Shown here: positions 30,397-39,159 of the stretch, piece by piece
Layout of the letters: each line of letters opens with the position of its first letter
Numbering within the stretch: position 1 is the first letter of the stretch
NCBI GenBank assembly: GCA_963727445.1
Contig: CAVSGI010000006.1
Coordinates: 576,001 to 640,000, forward strand
Direction of reading: 5' to 3'
DNA length: 64,000 bases
Source: an uncultured delta proteobacterium
GTDB taxonomy: Bacteria; Myxococcota_A; Polyangia; Polyangiales; B10-G4
Program-made: the position numbers and the translations under genes
The notes under the pieces: model-generated
Told to the model about the DNA's origin: nothing
Database searches by the model: none
The model's input: only the letters and a program-made list of their open reading frames with translations

Positions 30397-31848
30397 GTGT
30401 TGGTCGAAGCGAGGGGCGGGGCGCGCCTGGTCGCGGTCGCGTTCGTCGTGGCGGGTTTCGTCGGGTGTGAAGGGAGTGACGTCTCGCCCGACGCCGGCTT
30501 CGACGCAGCGGCGGGCGACGGGGGCGATGCCGGAGTCGCCGATGCGGACGCGGGCCCCGTGACGCCCGAGCCCGTGTTCCTCCGTGACGCCGAGGGCGGC
30601 GTCGTGATGTTGCGTGGAACCAACGTCGAAGGCGACGCGAAGTGGGCCGCGGACTTCCTGCCGACGACCTACACGACCACCGCGGACTTCGAGCGGCTCT
30701 CGGACGTGCTCGGCATGAACGCGGTGCGCTTTCTGATCTTCTGGGAGGCCGTCGAGCCCGAGCCGGAGATGTTCGACGATGCCTATCTGGCAGAGGTGCG
30801 CCGGCGGGTCGATGCCGCTCACGAGGCGGGTCTGTTGGTCGTCGTCGACATGCACCAGGACGTCTACGGGCGCGGCTTCGGCGGTGATGGCGCGCCCCGA
30901 TGGGCCTGCGACGAGTCGCTCTACGCGAGCTTCACGCCGCCGGACAACTGGTTCGAGGGGTACTTCGAGCCGGAGGTTCAGGAGTGCTTCGACCGTTTGT
31001 GGCTCGACCCGGAGACGCGTGGGCACTACGGGCGGATGTGGGCGCACGTCGCCGAAGCGCTGTCGGGGTCGGCGGGCGTCTTCGCTTACGAGCTCATGAA
31101 CGAGCCGTCGTGGGGGACGACCGATCTCTCCGCCTTCGAACGCACCGTCGCTCCCGCCGCGTACGCCGAGTGGATCGACGCCATCCGCGAGGCCGACCTG
31201 GGGCCTTACGTGGTGGTCGCGCCTGCGTCGGCAGCGAACGTGGGCCTTCCGTCGGCGCTCGTTCCGCCTGATCGCGAGCGGCTCGTGTACGGACCGCACG
31301 TCTACCCACCGGCCCTCGAGCTCGGGACCGGCTGGACGGGCTCCCTCGACGACGCCCTCGGCTTGGCGCAGCAGATCGAGCGCGACGGGGCGCGCATGGG
31401 ACTGCCGGTGTTCGTCGGCGAGACGGGCGCACGCGGTGAGGTTCTTGGCGCGCTCACGTTCCTGGACCAGATGTGGACGGCCTTCGATGAACAGCGTCTG
31501 TCCGCGACCCAGTGGGACGGGGGCAGCGGACCGAGCACCGGCTACGCGCTCTTCGACGACAGCGGCGCCCCGAGCGGAGTGGCGCTGTCCATCGCGCGCC
31601 CGCACCCCGCGCGCACCGCGGGCGTGCCCCGCGATTGGTCGTGGGACCGGGAGACGGCCACCTTCGTGTTCGAGTGGGAGGAGGACGGAAGCGCGACCGG
31701 CGAGACGCGCGTCACGCTTCCATCGGTCGTGTTCTCGGCGGGCGTCGACGCCACCCTGGACGACGGCGGCGAAGCGCGCGTCGAAGGGGCCAGCCTCCAG
31801 ATCCCGCAGATCGGCGGCGACCGCCGACTCGTACTCACCGCGCTGTGA
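30397..31848 (+). CDS. GH5 endoglycoceramidase-like glycoside hydrolase lipoprotein
   Basis: Lipobox FVGC; VDMHQDVY, YELMNEP (acid/base), VFVGETG (nucleophile), RP.P.RTAG.P C-terminal domain. Start approximate. Confidence 0.85.
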   Translation: MLVEARGGARLVAVAFVVAGFVGCEGSDVSPDAGFDAAAGDGGDAGVADADAGPVTPEPVFLRDAEGGVVMLRGTNVEGDAKWAADFLPTTYTTTADFERLSDVLGMNAVRFLIFWEAVEPEPEMFDDAYLAEVRRRVDAAHEAGLLVVVDMHQDVYGRGFGGDGAPRWACDESLYASFTPPDNWFEGYFEPEVQECFDRLWLDPETRGHYGRMWAHVAEALSGSAGVFAYELMNEPSWGTTDLSAFERTVAPAAYAEWIDAIREADLGPYVVVAPASAANVGLPSALVPPDRERLVYGPHVYPPALELGTGWTGSLDDALGLAQQIERDGARMGLPVFVGETGARGEVLGALTFLDQMWTAFDEQRLSATQWDGGSGPSTGYALFDDSGAPSGVALSIARPHPARTAGVPRDWSWDRETATFVFEWEEDGSATGETRVTLPSVVFSAGVDATLDDGGEARVEGASLQIPQIGGDRRLVLTAL

Positions 31849-31855
31849 CCCCGAC

Positions 31856-32593
31856 TCAGCTCGACTCGAGCAGGAGCCGCTCGATGCCGTCGGCGGCGTA
31901 GCGGACGCGCCGGACGGTGTAAACCGAGACGTAGACGGCCAGCGCGCCGAGCGCACACGCACCCCAGAGAAGCCAGTGGAAGAAGTCGCTCATCTCGACC
32001 GCCGAGACCTCGAGCACCAGGGTCGAGACCGCCGGGGTGAGCCCGAGCAGGCCGTAGGCCACGGCGCGCCGCACCTGGTGTCGGGTCGCGCGGGCCGCGG
32101 ACGCATGCACCCGCTCGCCGTAGGGCGCGGCGCCGGACGCTTCGCGATACCCGGCATCTTCTGCGGGAGCGCGCTTTTCGGCGAGGGCGGCGAGGATGAC
32201 GGTGCAGGCCGGCGACTTCGTGTTGAGCTCGACGGTATGCGGCTCGTACTTCTTCAGGTGGGGCTCGAGGTCCCGGAGGACGATGTCGACATACCTCGGC
32301 CAGTCGCGTAGCGCGTAGTGGGCGATCACCGGTGCCGCGAGGCCTGCCGCGTAGAGGGCGCCGTAGAGCCAGTCGATGGGCGGCACGTCGCGGGCGCAGA
32401 GGTAGCTGATGTACAGGCCAGCGAGGCCGATGGGGACCGACCAGCCGGCGACGAGGAGGCCGCCGAGGCGCGTGTAGCCCTGCGGTCGGTTGGCCGTCTT
32501 GCCGGTCCAGCTCCCGGTCACGATGGACACGCCGAGGGAGAGGAACATGAGGCCGGCTGCGAGAGCGACCGCTGCGAGAAGGAGCAGCCCCAT
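31856..32593 (-). CDS. Hypothetical multi-pass membrane protein
   Basis: About five hydrophobic segments; starts 5 bp after the radical SAM gene stop. Confidence 0.65.
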   Translation of the reverse strand: MGLLLLAAVALAAGLMFLSLGVSIVTGSWTGKTANRPQGYTRLGGLLVAGWSVPIGLAGLYISYLCARDVPPIDWLYGALYAAGLAAPVIAHYALRDWPRYVDIVLRDLEPHLKKYEPHTVELNTKSPACTVILAALAEKRAPAEDAGYREASGAAPYGERVHASAARATRHQVRRAVAYGLLGLTPAVSTLVLEVSAVEMSDFFHWLLWGACALGALAVYVSVYTVRRVRYAADGIERLLLESS

Positions 32594-32598
32594 GACCG

Positions 32599-34374
32599 TC
32601 AGCTCCGTAGGAGTGGAAGCGCTCGCCCGGTCGGCTCGGGGTCGCCCATGCCGGAGATGATCGCGCGCGTGATGGGGTGGATGAGCACGATGATGCGGTC
32701 GAGGGCGCCGAGCGCCTGCGCGCTGGCCGTGGGCTCGCTCTTCTCGTAGGAATAAGCGACGCCGGGCAGGATGCGCAACGCGCGGGTGTCCGGCTCGGCG
32801 GGAACGGCGCGGAGGACGACCTCTCCCGTGGTGTGAGAGAGCACGATCCTCAGTCCCTGGCGCGCGTCACCGTCGATGACGGTGACCTCCGCCAACGTGA
32901 AGACGCCGAGCGAGTCGACGCGCCGCGCGAGGGCGTCGTGCATGTGCTTGTGTGCGACGCCGGCGTCGGTCGCGGGCGGGTCCGTGGACGAAAAGGAGAT
33001 CGGTTCCTCCCGTATACCCGCCGCGGCGCGATGTGCGTCGCGCTGGCCGGGCCGCGGGAACTTCCAGGTGCCTCCGTGGGGGATGTCCCCGCTCTCGTCG
33101 TGAGCGAAGTCGTCGAGCCACCGGCAGGTGTCCTCGAGCTCCTCTCGAGACCAGCCGCGGCAGGAGATGAGCTGAAGCGTGAAGGGGTCGTAGACCATCG
33201 CGTCGCGGGCCGGTGCGTTCTTCATGAACGCGCTCGGAAGCACCAGACAGTGGAAGACCCGGATCGAGGCGGGGAGCTTCAGGACGCGCTCCAGGGTGCG
33301 CTTGAAGCTGTCGGGGTCATCGCCGGGGAGGCCGAGGATGATCTCGACCGTCGTGTCCGGGACGATCGACGCCACTTCGGCCACGACTCGGTCGAAGCGC
33401 TCCTCGTCGAAGGGCCGGTCGACGTGTTTCAGCACCGACGCGTCATACGATTGGAGGCCGATGCCGGCGTAGGCAGCGCGCGCGGACTCGAGGAAGGCGA
33501 GGTGCCCGTCTTTCATGTGCGAGGGATAGACCTCGCAGCGCAGGCCTCCGAGCTTTGCCAGGGCGCCGACCTCGGCCTCCGCCCGAGACAGGTTGGCGAA
33601 GGCGCGGCTGCTCAGGTTCAGGGCCGGGTCCACCAACCAGGTGCCCTTGACGTCCAACTTGGAGAGCGCCTCGAGCTCGCGCACCAGATGTTGGTGGCCG
33701 AAGACCCGCGACCGTACGCCGGTGTCGCCCCAGGCGCAGTAGGCGCACGACAACGGGCAGCCGCGAAAGGACTCGAACTGCGCCGTGACGCCGTCGGGCA
33801 TCAAGCCGAGTTGGTAGGGCGACGGGTGGACGTCGGGGGGACCATAGTCGCGGAGCGGCGTCTCAATCCACGCGTCACCGTCGTGGACCGCCAGCCCCGG
33901 GATCTTCGCGAGGGCCCCGCGGTCGAGCGCGGGGGAGAGCAGGATCTCCTGAATCGCCGCCTCGCCGTCCCCGATACAGATGGCGTCGACCACCTCTGCT
34001 CCGTCGGCGTGCTGCGGTAGCTCGAACATCTCCGGACGGCTCGAGGGGCCGCCGAAGATGATCGTCCGCTCGGGGCGCGCGCGCTTCGCTCGGCGGCAGG
34101 TTTCGAGGAGCGTGGGGAAGGACCACACGTACGCGCTGGTGCCGATCACGTCCGGGTCGAAGGCCTCGATCCGCTCCAAGAGCGCGTCCACGTCGAGGGT
34201 GCGCATCTCGATGAGCGTGTGCTCGGTGATCTCGCCGAGGATCTCGTGGCCGACGATGGCGGCCTGGATCCGTCGTACCGCGTAGTTGAAGGGTTGGTTG
34301 TCCACGCTCTCGGTGAGCTGCCACGGATCCAGGCAGAGCAGCGCCACACGACGTGGCTTCACGGAGGGGGGCAT
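32599..34374 (-). CDS. Cobalamin-binding (class B-like) radical SAM protein, copy 1
   Basis: B12-binding-like DVIGTSAYVWS..IIFGGP..GDGE; ESFRGCPLSCAYC; IGLQS; EIILGLPGD. Confidence 0.88.
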   Translation of the reverse strand: MPPSVKPRRVALLCLDPWQLTESVDNQPFNYAVRRIQAAIVGHEILGEITEHTLIEMRTLDVDALLERIEAFDPDVIGTSAYVWSFPTLLETCRRAKRARPERTIIFGGPSSRPEMFELPQHADGAEVVDAICIGDGEAAIQEILLSPALDRGALAKIPGLAVHDGDAWIETPLRDYGPPDVHPSPYQLGLMPDGVTAQFESFRGCPLSCAYCAWGDTGVRSRVFGHQHLVRELEALSKLDVKGTWLVDPALNLSSRAFANLSRAEAEVGALAKLGGLRCEVYPSHMKDGHLAFLESARAAYAGIGLQSYDASVLKHVDRPFDEERFDRVVAEVASIVPDTTVEIILGLPGDDPDSFKRTLERVLKLPASIRVFHCLVLPSAFMKNAPARDAMVYDPFTLQLISCRGWSREELEDTCRWLDDFAHDESGDIPHGGTWKFPRPGQRDAHRAAAGIREEPISFSSTDPPATDAGVAHKHMHDALARRVDSLGVFTLAEVTVIDGDARQGLRIVLSHTTGEVVLRAVPAEPDTRALRILPGVAYSYEKSEPTASAQALGALDRIIVLIHPITRAIISGMGDPEPTGRALPLLRS

Positions 34375-34384
34375 CGTCCCCACT

Positions 34385-36751
34385 CTACGATGCGGGTGCG
34401 TCGTCGGCCAACCGCTGGGCCCAGCTCGCGTACCGGTCCCGGACCCGCGCATGGGACGGCTCGACCCGCACGCCGCCGATGACGATGAGCGTGGGCTCGT
34501 CCAGCACCGAGAGGTCCTCGCGGGGATCGCGCGGATAGACGACGAGGTCCGCCGGCGCACCTTCGGTGATCGCGGGCTCGCGGAAGTAGGCGCGCGCGCC
34601 GAAGGAGCCGGCGGCGAGGGCGGCCATACGCGAGAGCCCCAGCTCGTGGAGCTGCCGAATCTCGTCGGCGACGGTCACCTCGGGGAAGAGATCGGTCCCG
34701 GCGAGGATCAGCACGCCGCGCGACTCGGCGTGGGGAAGGAGCTCGGCCAGGCGCACCATCGTCTGCTCGATCCACGTCGCGCGTTCGGGCTGCCGGTCGC
34801 GTCGCGCGATCCGCCACATCGGGTGCGCGATCGCGGTGAGAGGAGCCCATGCCGTGCCGCGCTGCGCCATCTCCGCCAACAGCGCTTCGTCGAGCCCCCA
34901 CCCGTGCTCGAGGCTGTCCACGCCGGCGCGCACGGCGACCTCGGCCCCCGCGTGCGTGAAGCAGTGGGCGGCGACGCGTCCCCCGAGCGAGTGGACCACG
35001 CGCACCGCCTCCGAGAGCAGGGGCAGCGGATAGCTGACCGCGTCGTCGCGGGTGAACCCGGAGTTGATGCGGCCGCGGTAGTCGCTGGTGAAGTCCGCGA
35101 AGACCTTGACCCAGCGCCCGCCGCGCTCGATGCGCTCCGCAGCGGCGCGCACCAGGTCCTCTGGCTCGGTGGCGGTGAAGGGCCACTCGTCGTTGCGCAG
35201 GATCATCGTGCCGCATGCGTGAACGCGCGGCAGGCCGGGCACGTCCAGGAGCTGACTGGGGGCGTCGTCGATCGAGCCCATGTCGCGGATCGCGGTGACG
35301 CCCGTCACCGCGTAGTCGGTGCGCCGCTCGTCGAGCCAGGCCTCTGTGCTCACCGGCGCGTCGCGATCGTGGGGATAGCTGATGTGTCCGTGGCATTCGA
35401 AGAGCCCCGACGTCACGAAGGCCGAGCCCCGGGTCAGGAGCTCCGCATCGGCGGGTCCCGCCGAGTGAATGCATCCGTCCACCACGAAGAGGTCTCGCGT
35501 GCGTCCGTCCGGCAGCGTGGTGCCGTGGACTCTCGCGCCGCGCTCGTCGCTCGACGGCGCGATCCGCGGCGCGTCCGCGGGGTAGACCAGGGGCCACCGC
35601 GTGCTCGCGGCGGGGTCGCCGGGGTGGGCGTCGGGGGCCGAGTTTTCGAGGAGCATCCGCATCTTCGGCGTGGTCGGCGCCTTGATGCGCGCGCCGTCGG
35701 CGAAGCAGTGCAGGGCGAGCGCTGCGCGCGGCGAGTCCCCTTCGTTCGGAAAGGCGCCGTGGATCATCTTGCCGTCGTGGAAGCTCACGTCGCCGGCGAA
35801 GACCGGGGGGAGCGTGTCCACGACGAGGCCGGCCTCCGCGATGATGGTGGCGAACTCGGCCTCGCTCACGTCGTTGATGTCCTCCACGTGGGCGATGCCG
35901 AGTCGCTGGGCCCCGCGAGCGAAGCGGAGCAGGCCGTCTCGTGGCCCGACGTCACCGAGCGGGATCCAGCAGGTGATCGTCGCCTCCGCGTCGAAGGGGA
36001 AGACAGCCTCGTCCTGGTGCCAGGGGGTGATGCCGGCGCCCGCCTCTTTGATGAGCCAGTCCTCGCAGAAGAGGCGAAGCGACGAGACGCCCATCAGCTG
36101 CGCGGCCATCCCGAGGACGCGCCTCGACCACGCGAAGGTGCGGAGCTCCGGATCCGAGAGCCCGAGGTCGACGATCTGGGTGAAGGATCGCGCGTAGGCG
36201 TCGGGGCGCGCGTTGGGCGGCGGGAGGTCTCTCGGCCATGCGCGCTCGAGGGCGAACCACAGATGCGGCGCCGCGGCCAGGACCACGTCGCGGCCCAGCG
36301 CGCGGCGAACCAGCACGTGCCCGTCGCGCCGGTAGGCGTCGATGATCGCAGGGTCGAGGTCGACCTCGCTCGCGAGATGGGCGCGTTGGTAGGGCGTTGG
36401 AAACCCAGCGTCGCGGGGAGGCGGAGCCAGTGTGGAGGCGGATGGATCGAAGCGCTCCGCCGACAGGAGCGCGGCGAGGGCGTCGATCGCGGCGTCGAGG
36501 GCTCTGCGGCGTGGCGGCGAGAGCTCGCCGTCGTAGCGGTAACTGAACGCGAGGGAACGGACTTCGCGGTAGCACCGGCCCCGCCCGGACGCCGGGCGGA
36601 CCTCCAAGACCAAGCTGGGCTCGTGCGCGAAAGCAATCCACACGGCGCCACGCTCCTGCCACATGCGGCTTGTCTCCAGCGTGCGGGCGGTGGCCTCGGC
36701 GACCGCATCCGCCATCCGCGAGCGCAGGTTCGAAGACCGTTCGCTCGACAT
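34385..36751 (-). CDS. Fusion: unassigned N-terminal module + PhyH-type Fe(II)/2-oxoglutarate dioxygenase + amidohydrolase
   Basis: YRRDGHVLVR, TPWHQD, GDVSFH, IHGA; then ECHGH, GVTAIRDMG, VAAHC, SLEHG, AGTD, GAPADLVV. ATG overlaps the upstream TGA (TGATG). Confidence 0.85.
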   Translation of the reverse strand: MSSERSSNLRSRMADAVAEATARTLETSRMWQERGAVWIAFAHEPSLVLEVRPASGRGRCYREVRSLAFSYRYDGELSPPRRRALDAAIDALAALLSAERFDPSASTLAPPPRDAGFPTPYQRAHLASEVDLDPAIIDAYRRDGHVLVRRALGRDVVLAAAPHLWFALERAWPRDLPPPNARPDAYARSFTQIVDLGLSDPELRTFAWSRRVLGMAAQLMGVSSLRLFCEDWLIKEAGAGITPWHQDEAVFPFDAEATITCWIPLGDVGPRDGLLRFARGAQRLGIAHVEDINDVSEAEFATIIAEAGLVVDTLPPVFAGDVSFHDGKMIHGAFPNEGDSPRAALALHCFADGARIKAPTTPKMRMLLENSAPDAHPGDPAASTRWPLVYPADAPRIAPSSDERGARVHGTTLPDGRTRDLFVVDGCIHSAGPADAELLTRGSAFVTSGLFECHGHISYPHDRDAPVSTEAWLDERRTDYAVTGVTAIRDMGSIDDAPSQLLDVPGLPRVHACGTMILRNDEWPFTATEPEDLVRAAAERIERGGRWVKVFADFTSDYRGRINSGFTRDDAVSYPLPLLSEAVRVVHSLGGRVAAHCFTHAGAEVAVRAGVDSLEHGWGLDEALLAEMAQRGTAWAPLTAIAHPMWRIARRDRQPERATWIEQTMVRLAELLPHAESRGVLILAGTDLFPEVTVADEIRQLHELGLSRMAALAAGSFGARAYFREPAITEGAPADLVVYPRDPREDLSVLDEPTLIVIGGVRVEPSHARVRDRYASWAQRLADDAPAS

Positions 36752-37516
36752 CAGGACCCCGGCAAGAGCGACGCGAGGACCTCGTCGGCCTCGGCGGCGG
36801 CGCGGAAGGATTCGTCGACCCAGGAGGGCCGTGGCGCCCATGCGGCCGTGAGGTAGAAGGCGATGAAGATCCGGAGCCCCGCGGAGCGCTTTTCCGTCGC
36901 CGCGTGCCAGGTCGCCTGGTCGAGGAGGACGACGGTTCCCGCGGTGCAGAAAAGCTCGCGCTGCCCCGCCCAGTCGGTGGCCTTGGGATCGAAAGGCGGC
37001 TCGGTGGGGTCGGTGAGCGCCCGCGGCCGAATGCGCAGCGCGCCGTCCTCCGGCGATACGTCCTCCAGGTAGAGGAGCGCAGTGATCCGCTCCGGGCGCT
37101 CGTAACGCGGGAAGATCCCCTCCTTGCGATGACGGATGTTGTCGACGCCGCCCATGTGCGCGTGCCAATCGAAGAAGGGGCGTCGCCCCGACACGACGAC
37201 CGCGCTCGCGTATTCGAGGTACATGCCGGCGCCGAGCAACTCCCGCGTGACGCCGAGCACTTCGGGCGCGAAGATGTGTGCGCCGAGCTCGGGGAAGTGC
37301 GATCCCAGCTTGTGAAACACCAGGCCCACCGGCGAGATCTCGACGTCGGTCGCGGGCGCCTTCGGGGGCCGGGCGTAGGTCTCGGGGGACCCGAGGGCCT
37401 CGTAGCGCGCCACGATCGGCGCGCGGATGCGCGCCACCTCGTCCGCGGAGACCGAGATCCTCGAACACCGCGTATCCCTCGTCGAGGAGCGCGCGTGCCC
37501 GGGCCGACTCAGACAC
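36751..37516 (-). CDS. PhyH-type dioxygenase, split by one extra base at ~37452
   Basis: GTG 37516 overlaps the upstream stop; DEGYAVFEDL + VSADEVARIR join after removing one G; WHAH, LLYLEDV..EDGAL, AGTVVLLD..TWHAA. Confidence 0.78.
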
Positions 37517-39143
37517 CGTCGCCTCCGAGGGGCGCCACGACCGGTCCCACGTCCTGGTGGAGCGCGGCGATGAACGAGCGCAGGCGCGACGCGCCTCCAG
37601 CCTCGAGCTCGCCACGGTGCGAGTAGGCGATGCCATCGTGCTCCGCGAAGAGCGCTTGCCCGGGCGTGGCCACGCGGGCTTCGAGCACCACCCCTCCTTC
37701 GCCGGCGTCGAGGTCGAGGATCAAACGCCCGCCGTCGGCGCGCGCGTCTCTGAGGCGGTAGCCCATCTGGGTGGAGGCTACCGCGCGGCGGAGGCGCGCG
37801 AGCGCGAGGTCACCGAGGGAGCGCGAGCGTTCGGCCGCGCCGTCGGTGCGAAAGTCGACCCAGTCGCGCCCGAAGTTCGGGCGGTGCATCTGGCCTGCAA
37901 TCTCGCGGACGTAGGCCCATTCGTTCTCGAGGTCCTCGCGGCTCCATCCGAGGCAGGACTCGATGGCGAAAGTCTCCGGATCGAAGACCAGATCGAACTC
38001 CTCCGCGCGTTCGAGGAGGGCGTCGGGCAGCGCCAGGCAGTAGAAGACGCGCACCGTCGCGGGGATCGAGAGGGCCCGTTCGAAGGTGCGGCGAAACGAG
38101 GCGGGATCGTCGCCGGGGAGGCCGAGGATGAGCTCGAGGTCGATCGGATATCGGCCCGAGAGCTCGTCGAGCACGCGAGCGAAGCGCGCGGCGTCGAAGG
38201 GCCGCCCGAGACCCTTCAGCACCGCTCCGTCGAAGCTCTGGATCCCCACCGCGAGCTCCACCCGGCCAAAGGTGTCGAAGAGATCGAGGTGCTCGTCCTT
38301 CAGGTAGGTGGGGTAGACGTGGCCCAGGACCTGGCGCGTCCCGAGCGCGCGCACCTCGCGCTCGGCAGCGGCGAAGTTGCGGAATGCGCGCGGGCTCAGG
38401 TTGAAGGCCGCGTCGAGCACGTGCACCCGCTCGACGCCCGCCGCGTCGAAGCCGCGCAGGTGCTCGGCGAGGTATTCGGCGGAGTACACGCGGTCGGCAC
38501 GCGCGTCGCCCCATTGGCAGAAAGCGCAGCTGATGGGGCAACCGCGGAAGGTCTCGAGGAAACCGTGCTCGGCCCGCGGGATGGTGCCGAGCTGGTAGGG
38601 CGACGCGTAGTCGTCGAGCGCCGGCCGCGCGGCCTCGCCGCTCGCGCGGAAACCCAGGGCGTGTGGGACGTGGAGTCCGGCGACTCGCTCGCGCCAGTCG
38701 TCGTTCCCGTGCTCTCTGACGATGGCGCGGATGACCTCTTCACCTTCACCGGTGGCGATGGCGTCGAAGAAGCGCGCGTAGGGAGCGTAGGGCGAGAGCG
38801 CCAGCACCGAAGGACGCGCCGCCGGCCCACCCATCACGACGCGGACCTCTGGGTCGTGCTTCTTCACCAGCTCGGCGACGCGACAGAAGAGCCCGATGGA
38901 CCAGATGTAGGCCGAGGCCGCGACGACGCTGGGTCCGAAGGCGCGGATCGCCTCGAAGTACGCCTCGGGGTCGTCCTCGCGGAGGTCGATGGCGCAAGTC
39001 TCCACGTGCCCGAGGTCGGGCGCGCTTCGAACCGAGGCCTCGAGCTTCCGGGCTGCGTAGGAGAAGGGGAGCGAGCCTCCCGACACGTCGCCCCAGACGA
39101 GGTCGCGGGCCAGGAACGCGACGCGGGGCTCTGAGCTCACCAT
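37509..39143 (-). CDS. Cobalamin-binding (class B-like) radical SAM protein, copy 2
   Basis: SAYIWS..VVMGGP..GEGE; ETFRGCPISCAFC; VGIQS; ELILGLPGD; collinear with copy 1. Confidence 0.88.
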   Translation of the reverse strand: MVSSEPRVAFLARDLVWGDVSGGSLPFSYAARKLEASVRSAPDLGHVETCAIDLREDDPEAYFEAIRAFGPSVVAASAYIWSIGLFCRVAELVKKHDPEVRVVMGGPAARPSVLALSPYAPYARFFDAIATGEGEEVIRAIVREHGNDDWRERVAGLHVPHALGFRASGEAARPALDDYASPYQLGTIPRAEHGFLETFRGCPISCAFCQWGDARADRVYSAEYLAEHLRGFDAAGVERVHVLDAAFNLSPRAFRNFAAAEREVRALGTRQVLGHVYPTYLKDEHLDLFDTFGRVELAVGIQSFDGAVLKGLGRPFDAARFARVLDELSGRYPIDLELILGLPGDDPASFRRTFERALSIPATVRVFYCLALPDALLERAEEFDLVFDPETFAIESCLGWSREDLENEWAYVREIAGQMHRPNFGRDWVDFRTDGAAERSRSLGDLALARLRRAVASTQMGYRLRDARADGGRLILDLDAGEGGVVLEARVATPGQALFAEHDGIAYSHRGELEAGGASRLRSFIAALHQDVGPVVAPLGGDGV

Positions 39144-39159
39144 CGAAGCATGACCGCGC

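Noticed and set aside
12785..36856. Long antisense/alternate ORFs (e.g. 12785..15184, 18900..21767, 27239..29755, 34286..36856)
   Set aside because: Typical high-GC shadow ORFs with Arg/Ala/Gly bias, overlapping well-supported genes and lacking motifs.
36752..37636. N-terminal ~295 codons of the 1083-aa ORF 34385..37636
   Set aside because: Mostly an Arg/Gly-rich shadow frame of the separate PhyH gene; only 37453-37516 is real and belongs to that gene.
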